From NCBI RefSeq assembly GCF_004010195.1, contig NC_057714.1, forward strand, positions 61,981,914 through 62,045,913: a stretch of DNA of 64,000 nucleotides, in the 5' to 3' direction. This document shows positions 25,360 to 37,444 of the stretch, piece by piece. The DNA comes from Chiloscyllium plagiosum. Its lineage: Eukaryota. The notes under the pieces are model-generated. The model saw only the letters and a program-made list of their open reading frames with translations. It ran no database searches and was not told the origin of the DNA. Every line of letters starts with the position of its first letter. The stretch's first letter is position 1. The position numbers were made by a program, and so were the translations under genes.

Positions 25360-26115
25360 TTATTTGTTTGTTCATGGGATGGGGACATCACTGGCATAGT
25401 CAGCATTAATTGCCCATTGCTAATAGCTCTGGAGAAGGTGGTAGTGAGGTACCTTTTTTGAACTTGTGAAGTCCTTGGAGTTTAGGGGCACCTACTGTAA
25501 GGGAGTTCCAGGATTTTGACCTAATGACAGTGAAGGAATATTTCCAATTCAGGATGGTGTGTGGCATAGAAGAAAACTTTCAGGTGGTATTAATACCAAG
25601 CCGAAGGTCCTTCTCGGTGATAAATATTTGCTAGATTTAGTTTGTGCTATTGGAGGAGCCTTGGTGACTTACTGCAGTGCATCATGGAGATGTTACACCC
25701 TGCTTTACTATATGCTGGCCTGGAGGAAGTGAATGGCATCATATCTACAAGCAATCGAGCAGGCACTCCCCCTGGGTGGTGTCAAGCTTCATGACTGTCA
25801 ATGGAGCTGCAGCCATTCAGGCAACTGGGGAGTCTTCCATCACTCTCCTGACTCGTGCCCTGTAGAAGGTGGACAGGTTCAAGGGAATGAGGAGGTGAGG
25901 AGAAAGTGAGGGCTGCAGATGCTGGAGATCAGAGCTGAAAATGTGTTGCTGGAAAAGCGCAGCAGGTCAGGCAGCATCCAAGGAACAGGAGAATCGACGT
26001 TTCGGGCATAAGCCCTTCTTCAGGAGGTGAGGAAGTGAGTTAGGTTCCTAGCCTCTGAATCTCTAGCTCTTCGAAATGATATATTTGCATGGCTGGTCCA
26101 GTTATATTTCTGGTT
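25360..26115 (-). mobile_element. LINE 3' fragment (CR1/L2 group), interrupted by a Penelope-derived insert
   Basis: Homologous to 53330-53900, which extends into RT motifs. Confidence 0.65.
25902..26021 (-). mobile_element. Penelope-like pLTR insert with intact hammerhead core (25996-26023)
   Basis: Minus strand CUGAAGA-A-GGGC-UUAU-GCCC-GAAAC-GUC; TSD AGGAGGTGAGGA (25890-25901, 26022-26033). Confidence 0.75.
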
Positions 26116-26218
26116 TATGTTAACTTGCAGGAGATGGATGCTTAAGAAATTTGTATTTTAGAGTGTTCTTTATAATTGCAATTTTGCTAATGCATCAAAT
26201 TATTATTATGATTTATAG

Positions 26219-26368
26219 GGAGCCAAGATAATTGTATTTCCAGAGGATGGTCTCCAAGGCTTTCAGTTCAACAGGACTTCCATTTTTCCGTATTTGGAAC
26301 CTATTCCAGATCCTAATGTTGTTCACTGGAATCCCTGCCTGCATCCAACTGTATATAATGGTACAGAG
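26219..26368 (+). CDS. BTD: Biotinidase copy 2, second coding exon
   Basis: TTATAG| acceptor and GAG|GTAGGA donor; 150 bp; [50 protein letters not shown] (not in the ORF track). Confidence 0.92.
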
Positions 26369-26425
26369 GTAGGAGCTGTACAAAGATCAATTTGTTACAT
26401 CTTATGAATTCTTACAGCTTTTATG

Positions 26426-26662
26426 ATTCGGAGATGCCGGTGTTGGACTGGGGTGTACAAAGTTAAAAATCACACAACACCAGGTTATAGTCCAACAGGT
26501 TTAATTGGAAGCACACTAGCTTTCGGAGTGACGCTCCTTCATCAGGTGATTGTCACCTGACTCAGGACAATCACCTGATGAAGGAGCGTTGCTCCGAAAG
26601 CTAGTGTGCTTCCAATTAAACCTGTTGGACTATAACCTGGTGTTGTGTGATTTTTAACTTTG
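26426..26662. mobile_element. Palindromic Penelope-derived insertion with two hammerhead cores
   Basis: Inverted arms of about 101 bp (26454-26554, 26566-26666); TSD TACAGCTTTTATG (26413-26425, 26663-26675); cores at 26517-26545 (-) and 26575-26603 (+). Confidence 0.8.
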
Positions 26663-26765
26663 TACAGCTTTTATGGAACTCTTATTACATATAAGTAGAC
26701 AACACTGATGCTATTTTATCAAGGAAACTTTGCAAATGGTTGGCATGTATTATTTGAAATACTAA

Positions 26766-26926
26766 GATTTGAAGTGCTGGTGTTGGACTGGGGTGGATGA
26801 AGTTAAAAACCAAATTATAGTCCAACAGGTTTATTTGAAAGTACAAGCTTTTGCAGTGCTGTTTCCTTGTCAGGTGCTTCCAAATAAACCTGTTGGACTA
26901 TAACCTGCTGTTGTGAGGTTTTTAAC
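26766..26926. mobile_element. Older palindromic Penelope-derived insertion
   Basis: Same family as 26426; TSD TTTGAAATACTAA (26753-26765, 26927-26939). Confidence 0.75.
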
Positions 26927-28773
26927 TTTGAAATACTAAATTCACTTTATAAATGTCTATAAATTTTACAGGACAGTCTCTATAGAAATTCCTTGTTGGA
27001 GCCTATGACTTTTTGAGAGGGCCTACACATGCAGAAGGATGATTTACCAGATTTTGTTGAAGAAAAAGGCCAAGATATGCAATTATTGCACTGCTTCCAG
27101 TTTTAATGTGGTTTAGTTTAGTTCCCATCCCTCGTGACACACATGTTCATCGAGCTACTTCATATTGATATGGAACTTCGTATTGTACAGTTTCACTGAT
27201 GTTAGTTCTACAGAAACAGAAAGATTAGGAGCTGCAGTAAGCCATTCACCCCACTCAGCCCACTCTGCCATTCAAAATGATCGTAAACAGTGTGTTTCAG
27301 TTCTCTCCTTCTACCCTGTGATGATTAACATTTGGAATTTTACAATGGTATTGATTTCGATGGGGTAACATTGCTAAATCATGCTACGGGCATGCGAGCT
27401 TTCTTGCTAGGAATATGCATTGGGCATTGGGCATTAAGGTGCACACCCTTCCATAATGGATAGAAACATTACAGAAGTTCCAATATGCACTTGCAGCAGG
27501 AAATTTGGTCCAACGATTTAATTATTAATAGAAGAACAATATGCTAAGGACATTAGCATAAGTAAAAGCCTTTCAAACAAATGAATGAATATTCACCTTC
27601 AAAAAAATTAACATTCCTACTCTCTTTCCACGAGGTCTGACTATAGTGCAATTCTCTTGTTTTAAATTTTAGATTGCTAACATGTACCAATTTTATAAAA
27701 ATAATTTCTCAAGTTTTGGATTTTATCTCTCCTATTCAATTTGTTGTCAAGTTATTTTTTGAAAGTGGCATTAACTTGGTTTGACGCGGGTTGAGTCTCA
27801 TTGGTTCCATGCCCTGTCACAGAAATGAAGTGGGAATGCAGTGAAGGATGAGAATTTCATTGCACAACTTCATACATCCCAGCCCAATTCCAAGACAGGA
27901 AGAATGAGGCAGTGCTACATTTAAAAAGCATCCTTTTAAAAGTGGTTTTAGTAATCCATAATTTGTAGAGATGCACTTTAATGTTTAGCCATCCTAAAAA
28001 TGTTCATTTTAGACACGGTATAAATCAGATGTCCAGTTTTAACCCTGCAATTTCTACTATCATGATCACATTTTTTCTCTACAATAATTGCAATTTTGCT
28101 AATGCATCAAATTATTATTTATGTTTTGCGCTTGATTCAGCAGTTTTTGTTTTAACTGTTTCGTGTTAATATGTAGCAAGTCCTGGAACAGAGGTCTTCA
28201 TCAACTCTCAGTAACAAGTCTGGGACTTCGAGATCCAAATAAAATTGTGTTCCTTTCTTGAATAATAATTAATAATATTACACTTTTTATTAAATATAAG
28301 AAGAATTAGTAACATTTCATATAGTTAAAAATAAGAGGCGAGTCCAAAAAGAAGGATTTAAAAAGCACAGAGACAGATCAGTCTCTGAATTATTCATGAA
28401 GAAGGGATGGTTGAATGTTGCAGCTCTTGCACTGGTGGTTATTGTCAAAAAGTGTGATGCTAGAAAAGCACAGCCGGTCAGGCAGCATCTGAGGAGGAGG
28501 AGAGTCAACGTTTTGAGCAGAAGTTCTTCATCAGGAATGTCCTGATGGGGGTGTGGAGGTGATTGGTTATGTTAATGCTGGCGAACAGTGGTCTTCATGA
28601 TCTTTTAGTTTTGCAGATTCTCTCTTTAGTTGAGATTTTCTAATTCTGAAGCCTTTTGACCATAATTGAATTTCAGCATTCAGGGTGAGACAGAGTCCTT
28701 TATTCTCCTGTTTCCTTTTGTCAAACTGGGTCACAGCACTCTGGTGAGAGAGGGTCTTTACCTGTAACACTAG

Positions 28774-29294
28774 AACATAGAAAAATACAGCGCAGTACAG
28801 GCCCTTTGGCCCTCGATGTTGCGCCGATCCTAACCTACACTAGCCCACTATCCTCCATATGCCTATCCAATGCCCGTTTAAATGCCCATAAAGAGGGAGA
28901 GTCCACCACTGCTACTGGCAGGGCATTCCATGAACTCACGACTCGCTGAGTAAAGAACCTACCCCTAACATCTGCTCTATACCTACCACCCTTAATTTAA
29001 AGCTATGCCCCCTCGGCATAGCTGACTCCATACGTGGAAAAAGATCCTCACTGTCGACCCTATCTAAACCCCTAATCATCTTATACACCTCTATCAAGTC
29101 ACCCCTAAACCTTCCTTTCTCCAATGAAAACAACCCCAAGTGCCTCACCCTTTCCTCATACGATCTTTCTACCATACCAAGCAACATCCTGGTAAACCTC
29201 CTCTGCACCAGTTCCAGTGCCTCCACATCCTTCCTATAGTATGGCAACCAAAACTGCACACAATACTCCAGATGCAGCCGCACCAGAGTCTTAT
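28774..29294 (-). mobile_element. Young 5'-truncated CR1 LINE
   Basis: Open ORF2 end YKTLVRLHLEYCVQFW...GDLIEVYK; flanking ACACTAG repeat (28767-28773, 29295-29301). Confidence 0.9.
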
Positions 29295-29469
29295 ACACTA
29301 GGACAGCTACAGGATAATTTCCTGACTATGACTTCACAGTCTGCTTCCGATCAAACCCAGGTGAGTGCAAAGAACAGTGTTCGGTCCCATTAATTCAAAT
29401 AAAGGAAAATGCTAGTAATTAAGTGCCACCAATTCAGAAATACCCGTTTCTTTTCATTTACAACCACAA

Positions 29470-30600
29470 AGATGTAGGTGCAGGAGCTGAAGGAGACCAT
29501 TCAGGCCATCGAGTTTGCCTGCCATTAAACAAGATCATGGCTGATCACATAACCCTTGACTGCTTTTTGCTTTCTCCCATAATCCTTGATTCTTTCCACC
29601 TCAGCCTTCAATATCTTTCACAACCAGCCGCAACAACCCTCTGTGGCAAAGAATTCTACAAATTCACAATCCTGTGAGAGAAGAATTCTTCCTCCTTTCT
29701 ATCTTGAATGTGTTATCCCTTATTCCGAGATGATGCCTTTTGCTGCTCAGCTGTCCCAAAGGGGAAATAACCTCTCCGCATCTATCCTGTCAAGTCATTG
29801 AATCAACAAAGTCGTCTATCATTCTTCTAACTTCCAATCAGTAGAAGCCAAAATTTACTTGACCTCTCCTCAAAAGACAGTCCTTCCATATCTGATATCG
29901 GCTAAATGAAGCTTCAGTGGACTGCCTTCAATGCCAGTATATCCTTCCTTAGATAAGGAACCCAATACTCTTTGTTCACAATATTCCAGCTGTTGTCTGA
30001 GTATTGCTTGGGTTATTTTAGCAAAACCTCACTAATTTTATACTCCATTCACTCCAAAATAAAGACCAACCTTCCATTCCCTTCCCTGTTACCCACTGAA
30101 CTTAGATGTTCACTTTTTTATGATTCATACATAAGGACTCCCAAGTCAAACTGTTTTGTAACTTTCTGCAGTCTTTCTTTCTTTAAATAATATTCAGCTC
30201 CTCTACTCTTCCTGCCAAAGTGCATAGCCTCACATTTTCTGACGTTATATTCCATCTGCAAAGTTTTTGATCAGTCATGTAACCTGTCTATATCCCTCTG
30301 CAGACTCTTTGTGTGTTCTTCACCACTTGCCTTCCCATCTATATTTGTGTCATGCACAAACCTGGCTACAGTATATTAACTTTGCTTATATGAGTCATTA
30401 ATGTATATTGAAAATAATAGTGGCCCCAGCACTGATCTCTACAGCAGTCCACTAGTTGCAGGTTGTCATCCTGAAAATGTCCCCCATTAATCTCAATACT
30501 ACCTTCTGTCAGTTAGCCAATCCTCTATCTACATTAATATATTACCTACAAAACCACAGGATCTTACCTTATTAAATAGCCTTATGTGCAATTCCTTCTT
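29470..30600 (-). mobile_element. Degenerate CR1 LINE
   Basis: Collinear with the 188-1060 fragment plus 3' UTR. Confidence 0.75.
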
Positions 30601-31172
30601 TCGGAGAATTCAAATATATTACGTCCACTGCTTACCCTTTATCAATCGTACTTGTTAATTAGAGTCATAGAGNNNNNNNNNNNNNNNNNNNNNNNNNNNN
30701 NNNNNNNNNNNNNNNNNNNNNNNNNNNNNNNNNNNNNNNNNNNNNNNNNNNNNNNNNNNNNNNNNNNNNNNNNNNNNNNNNNNNNNNNNNNNNNNNNNNN
30801 NNNNNNNNNNNNNNNNNNNNNNNNNNNNNNNNNNNNNNNNNNNNNNNNNNNNNNNNNNNNNNNNNNNNNNNNNNNNNNNNNNNNNNNNNNNNNNNNNNNN
30901 NNNNNNNNNNNNNNNNNNNNNNNNNNNNNNNNNNNNNNNNNNNNNNNNNNNNNNNNNNNNNNNNNNNNNNNNNNNNNNNNNNNNNNNNNNNNNNNNNNNN
31001 NNNNNNNNNNNNNNNNNNNNNNNNNNNNNNNNNNNNNNNNNNNNNNNNNNNNNNNNNNNNNNNNNNNNNNNNNNNNNNNNNNNNNNNNNNNNNNNNNNNN
31101 NNNNNNNNNNNNNNNNNNNNNNNNNNNNNNNNNNNNNNNNNNNNNNNNNNNNNNNNNNNNNNNNNNNNNNNN

Positions 31173-34100
31173 TCTCCGGCACTGTGATTGGGAGAGATTT
31201 CACTGGCTCTGTGCTTGGGATGGATTTCACTGGCTCTGTACTTTAGATGGATTTCACCGGCACTGTGCTTGGGATGGATTTCACCAGCTCTGTCCTTGGG
31301 ATGGATTTCCCTGGCTCTATGCTTGGGATGAATTTCACCGGCTCTGTGTTTGCGATGGATCTCACCTGCTCTGTGATTGTGATGGATATCACTGTCTCTG
31401 CGCTTTGGATGGATTTCACTGGCTCTGTGCTTGGTATGGATTTCACTGGCTCTGTGCTTGGGATTGGATTCACTGGCTCTGTGTTGGGGTGGATTTCACT
31501 GTGTCTATGCTTGGGATGGATTTCACTGGCACTGTGCTTTAGAGGGATTTCACCGGCTCAGAGTTTGGGAGGGATTTCACTGGCTCTCTGCTTGGGATAC
31601 ATTTCACCGGCTCTGTGCCTAGGATGGATTTCACTGGCTCTGTGCTGGGTATGTATTCACTGGCTCTGTGTTGGGGTGGATTTCACTGGCTTCATGTTTG
31701 GGGGGATTTCACTGGCTCTGTGCTTGGGATGGATTTCACCGGTTCTGAGTTTGTGATGGATTTCACCGGCTCTGTGGTTGGGATCGATTTCACCAGCTCT
31801 GTCCTTGGGTTGGATTTCACTGTCTCTCTGCTTGGGATACATTTCACCGGCTCTGTGCCTAGGCTGGATTTCACTGGCTCTGTGCTTGGTATGGATTCAC
31901 TGGCTCTGTGTTGGGGTGGATTTCACTGGCTTCATGTTTGGGGGGATTTCACTGGCTCTGTGCTTGGGATGGATTTCACTGGCTCTATGCTTGGGATACA
32001 TTTCACCGGCTCTGTGCTTGGGATCGATTTCACCAGCTCTGTCCTTGGGTTGGATTTCACTGGCTTTATGCTTGGGGAGGATTTCCCTGGCTCTATGCTT
32101 GGGAAGAATTTCACTGGCTTTATGCTTGGGGAGGATTTCCCTGGCTCTATGCTTGGGATGAATTTCACCGGCTCTGTGCTTTGGATGGATTTCACTGGCT
32201 CTGTGCTTGGGATGGATTTCACTGGCTCTGTGCTTCGGTGGGATTTCACCAGCTCTGTGATTGGGATGGATTTCACCGGCTCTGTGCTTGGGATGGATTT
32301 CACTGGCTCTGTGCTTGGTATGGGTTTCACTAGCTCTGTGCTTGGGATCGGATTCACTGGCTCTGTGCTTTGGAGGGATTTCACCAGCTCTGTGCTTGGA
32401 ATGGATTTCACTGGCTCCATGCTTGAGATGTATTTCACCGGTTCTATGCTTGGGATAGATTTCGCTGGCTCTGTGCTTGAATGGATTTCACCGGCTCTGT
32501 GCTTGGAATGGATTTCACTGGCTCTGTGCTTGTGATCGATTTCACTGGCTCTGTGCATGGGATGGATTTTCACTGCCTCTGTGCTTGGGGTGGATTTTAC
32601 TGCCTCTGTGCTTGGGAAGGAATTCACTGCCACTCTGTTTGGGATGGATTTCACTGGCTCTGTGCTTGGGATGGATGTCACTGGCTCTGTATTTGGGATG
32701 GATTTCACTGTCTCTGTGATTGGGATGGTTTTCACCGGCTCTGTGATTTGGATGGATTTCACCAGCTCTGTGCTTGGGATGGATTTCACTGGCTCTGTGT
32801 TTGTGATGGATTTCACTGGCTCTGTGATTGGGATGGTATTCACCGGCTCTGTGATTTGGATGGATTTCACCAGCTCTGTGCTTGGGATGTATTTCACTGG
32901 CACTGTGCTGGGAAGGGATTTCACTGGCTCTCAACTTGAGATGGATTTCACTGGCGCTGTGCTTGGGATGGATTTCACTGGCTCTGTGCTTGGGATACAT
33001 TTCACCGGCTCTGTGCTTAGGAAGGATTTCACTGGCTCTGTGCTTGGGATGGATTTCACCAGCTCTGTGCTTACGATGGATTTCACTGGCTCTGTGCTTG
33101 ATATGGATTTCACTGGCTCTGTGCTTTAGAGAGATTTCACCAGCTCTGTGCTTGGGGTGGATTTTACTGGCTCTGTGCTTGGGAAGGAATTCACTGCCTG
33201 TGTTTGGGATGGATTTCACTGGCTCTGTGCTTGGGATGGATTTCACTGGCTCTGTGCTTTGTTGGTATTTCACCGGCTCTGTGCTTGCGATGGATTTCAC
33301 CGGCTCTGTGATTGGGGTGGATTTTACTGGCTCTGTGCTTGGGATGGATTTCACTGGCTCTGTGCTTTGTTGGTATTTCACTGGCTCTGTGCTTGCGATG
33401 GATTTCACCGGCTCTGTGATTGGGATGGATATCACTGGCTCTGTGCTTTGGATGGATTTCACTGGCTCTGTGCTTGAGATGGATTTCACTGGCACTGTGC
33501 TTTAGAGAGATTTCACTGTCTCTGTGCTTGGAATGGATTTCACTGGCTCCATGCTTGAGATGTATTTCACCGGCTCTATGCTTGGGATAGATTTCACTGG
33601 CTATGTGCTTGAATGGATTTCACCGGCTCTGTGCTTGGAATGGATTTCACTGGCTCCATGCTTGTGATCGATTTCACTGGCTCTGTGATTGGGGTGGATT
33701 TCACTGGCTCTGTGCTTGGGGTGGATTTTCACTGCCTCTGTGTTTGGGATGGATTTTCACTGCCTCTGTGCTTGGGAAGGAATTCACTGCCACTCTGTTT
33801 GGGATGGATTTCTCTGGCTCAGAGCTTGTGATGGATGTCACTGGCTCTGTGCTTGGGATGGATTTCACTGGCACTGTGCTTTAGAGGGATTTCACCGGCT
33901 CTGTGCTTGGGATGGATTTTCACTGCCTCTGTGCTTGGGATGGATTTTACTGGCTCTATGCTTGGGGAGGAATTCACTGCCTCTGTGTTTGGGATGGATT
34001 TTACTGGCTCTGTGCTTGGGGAGGAATTCACTGCCTCTGTGCTTTGGATGGATTTCACCGGCTCCATGCTTGGGATGGATTTTTCTGGCTCTGTTTTTGG

Positions 34101-36190
34101 GAGGGATTTCATTGGCTCTGTGCTTGGGATGGGAGTTACTGGCTCTGTATTGGGGTGGATTTCACTGGCTCTGTATTTCACCGGCTCTGTGTTTGGGATG
34201 GATTTCACCGGCTCTGTGCTTGCGATGGATTTCACTGGCTCCGTGCTTGGGAGGAATTTCATTGGCTCTGTGCTTGGGATGGATTTCACTGGCTCTGTGC
34301 TTGGGAGGAATTTCACTGGCTCCGTCCTTGGCAGGGATTTCACTGGCTCTGTGCTTTGTATGGATTTCACTGACTGTGCTTGACAAGGATTTCACTGGCT
34401 CTGTGCTTGGGATGGGTTTCACTAGCTCTGTGCTTGGGATGGATTTCACTGGCCCTGTGCTTGGGATAAATTTCACTGGCTCTGTGCTTGGGAGGGATTT
34501 CACTGGATCCGTGCTTGGGAGGAATTTCACTGGCTCCGTGCTTGGCAGGGATTGCACTGGCTATGTAATTGGGATGGTTTTCACTGGCTCTTTGCTTGGG
34601 TGGCATTTCACTGGCACTGTGCTTGGGATAGATTGCACTGACTCTGTGTTTGGGTTGGATTTCACTGCCTCTGTGCTTGGGTTGGATTTCATTGGCTCTG
34701 TCCTTGGTCGGGATTTCACTGGCTCTGTGTTTGGGATGGGTTTCACTGCCTCCGAGCTTGGGATGGATTTCACTGCCTCCATGCTTGGGAGGAATTTCAC
34801 TGTCTCTGTGTTTGGGATGGATTTCACTGGTTCCGAGCCTGGGGTGGATTTCACTGGCTCTGAGCTTGGAATGGGTTTCACTGGCTGTGTTTTGGATGGA
34901 TTTCACTGGCTCCATGTTTGGGAGGACTTTCACTGGTTCTGCGTTTGGGATGGATTTCACTGGCTCCGAGCTTGGAATGGATTTCACTGGCTTTGTGTTT
35001 GGGATGGATTTCACGGTCTCTGTGTTTGGGATGGATTTCATGGGCTCCATGCTAGGAATTGGTTTCGCTGGCTCTGTGTTTGGGATGGATTTCACCGGCT
35101 CTGTGTTTGGGATGGATTTCACCGGCTCTGTGATTGGAATGGATTTCACTGGCTCCATGTTTGGGAGGGATTTCACAGGCTCTGTGTTTGGGATGGAGTT
35201 CACCGGCTCTGTGATTGGAATGGATTTCACTGGCTCTGTGCTTGTGAGGGATTTCAGTGGCTCCATGTTTGGGATGGATTTCACTGGCTCTGTGCTTGGG
35301 ATGGATTTCATTGGCTCTGTGCTTGGGAGGGATTTCACTGGCTCTGTGTTTTGCATGGATTTCACTGGCTCTGTCCTTCGGAGGGATTTCACTGGCTCTG
35401 TGCTTGGGATAGATTTCACTGGCTCTGTGCTTGGGAGTGATTTCACTGGCTCCGAGCTTGGGAGTCATTTCACTGGCTCTGTGTTTGGGATGGATTTCAC
35501 TGGCTCTGTGCTTGAGAAGTATTTCACTAGCTCTGTATTGGGATGGATTTTACTGGCTCTGTGCTTGGGATGGATTTCACTGGCTCTGTGCTTGGGCTGG
35601 ATTTCACTGGCTCTGTGCTTGGGATGGATTTCAGTGGTTCCGTGCTTGGGATGTATTTCACTGGCTCCGTGTTTCAGATGGATTTCACCGGCTCTGTGCT
35701 TGGGATGGATTTCATTGGCTCTGTGCTTGGGATGGATTTCATCGGCTCTGTGCTTGGGATAGATTTCACTGTCTCTGTGCTTGGGAGTGATTTCACTGGC
35801 TCCGAGCTTGGGAGTCATTTCACTGGCTCTGTGTTTGGGATGGATTTCACTGGCTCTGTGCTTGAGATGTATTTCACTAGCTCTGTATTGGGATGGATTT
35901 TACTGGCTTTGTGCTTGGGATGGATTTCACTGGCTCTGTGCTTGGGCTGGATTTCACTGGCTCTGTGCTTGGGATGGATTTCACTGGCTCTGTGTTTCAG
36001 ATGGATTTCACTGGCTCTGTGCTTGGGATGGATTTCAGTGGCTCCGTGCTTGGGATGTACTTCACTGGCTCTGTGTTTCAGATGGATTTCACTGGCTCTG
36101 TGCTTGGGATGGATTTCAGTGGCTCCGTGCTTGGGATGTACTTCACTGGCTCTGTGTTTCAGATGGATTTCACTGGCTCTGTGCTTGAGA
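31173..36190. repeat. 27-bp minisatellite array (about 185 units), bounded by assembly gaps
   Basis: Consensus GGATTTCACTGGCTCTGTGCTTGGGAT; translates as the 9-aa repeats MDFTGSVLG or KSIPSTEPV. Confidence 0.97.
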
Positions 36191-36651
36191 NNNNNNNNNN
36201 NNNNNNNNNNNNNNNNNNNNNNNNNNNNNNNNNNNNNNNNNNNNNNNNNNNNNNNNNNNNNNNNNNNNNNNNNNNNNNNNNNNNNNNNNNNNNNNNNNNN
36301 NNNNNNNNNNNNNNNNNNNNNNNNNNNNNNNNNNNNNNNNNNNNNNNNNNNNNNNNNNNNNNNNNNNNNNNNNNNNNNNNNNNNNNNNNNNNNNNNNNNN
36401 NNNNNNNNNNNNNNNNNNNNNNNNNNNNNNNNNNNNNNNNNNNNNNNNNNNNNNNNNNNNNNNNNNNNNNNNNNNNNNNNNNNNNNNNNNNNNNNNNNNN
36501 NNNNNNNNNNNNNNNNNNNNNNNNNNNNNNNNNNNNNNNNNNNNNNNNNNNNNNNNNNNNNNNNNNNNNNNNNNNNNNNNNNNNNNNNNNNNNNNNNNNN
36601 NNNNNNNNNNNNNNNNNNNNNNNNNNNNNNNNNNNNNNNNNNNNNNNNNNN

Positions 36652-36848
36652 GTGCTCCGGTTCCCTCCCACAGTCCAAAAATGTGCAGGTTAGGTGAATT
36701 GGCCATGCTAAATTGCCCGTAGTGTTAGGTGAAGGGGTAAATGTAGGAGAATGGAGTCTGGGTGGGTTGCGCTTTGGCGGGTTGGTGTGGACTTGTTGGG
36801 CCGAAGGGCCTGTTTCCACACTGTATCTAATCTAATCTAATCTAATCT
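36652..36848 (+). mobile_element. HE1-type SINE 3' half
   Basis: SINE body and (TCTAA)n tail. Confidence 0.8.
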
Positions 36849-36899
36849 ATGCCATCACAAGACCACAAATCTCTACCTCTGCAACATCACTCTAATCTA

Positions 36900-37420
36900 C
36901 CCCTGCCTGATCTCTCTTATGTTGAAATCCTTGCTCATGTCTTTGTTGTGTCTTGACCTGACCATTCCAGTCTTGTTCTGGCTGGCCTCCAAAGTTCATA
37001 AGGTTAGGTGAAACACAATTCTGCCAAGTGCTAACTCACAGCAACTGTCACTCACCGAACACCCTGAGCTTACAGGTCTGCACTTGCTCCTGAATGTACA
37101 ACACCTCAGTTTTAAATTTGCTTCCAAATTCCTTCATGGCCTCGCTTCAAATCTACAATCCTGTCAGAGATCTGCACTCCTCTAATTCTGGGCTCTTAAA
37201 CATTCTTCATTTTAATCACTTCACTCAGTGATATTCCTTCAGCTGCTAAAGCTCTAAGCTTTGAAATTTTCTCCCTAGACCTTACGGCTTTTTGCCATCA
37301 TTTACTTTTTCAAGATGCTCCTTAAAACCTACTACCTTGTGATGGCTTTTCTGTGTCAACGTTTGTTTTGATAACATCCCTATGAAGTGCCCTGGAGTTT
37401 TACATCAAATGGCCCATTTA
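36900..37420 (+). mobile_element. Old L2-like LINE 3' fragment
   Basis: Decayed ORF2 C-terminal and 3' UTR-like sequence (CTCATGTCTTTGT...CTGGCTGGCCTCC...GCTCCTTAAAACCTAC). Confidence 0.45.
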
Positions 37421-37444
37421 ACCGTATGTTAAATCGTCGTGAGG

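Noticed and set aside
31173-36190. Long ORFs (up to 583 aa) in the repeat array, or a CRISPR-like reading of it
   Set aside because: Units are contiguous 27-mers with no unique spacers, in a eukaryotic context. The ORFs arise because the unit is a multiple of 3 without stops, and frames shift repeatedly.
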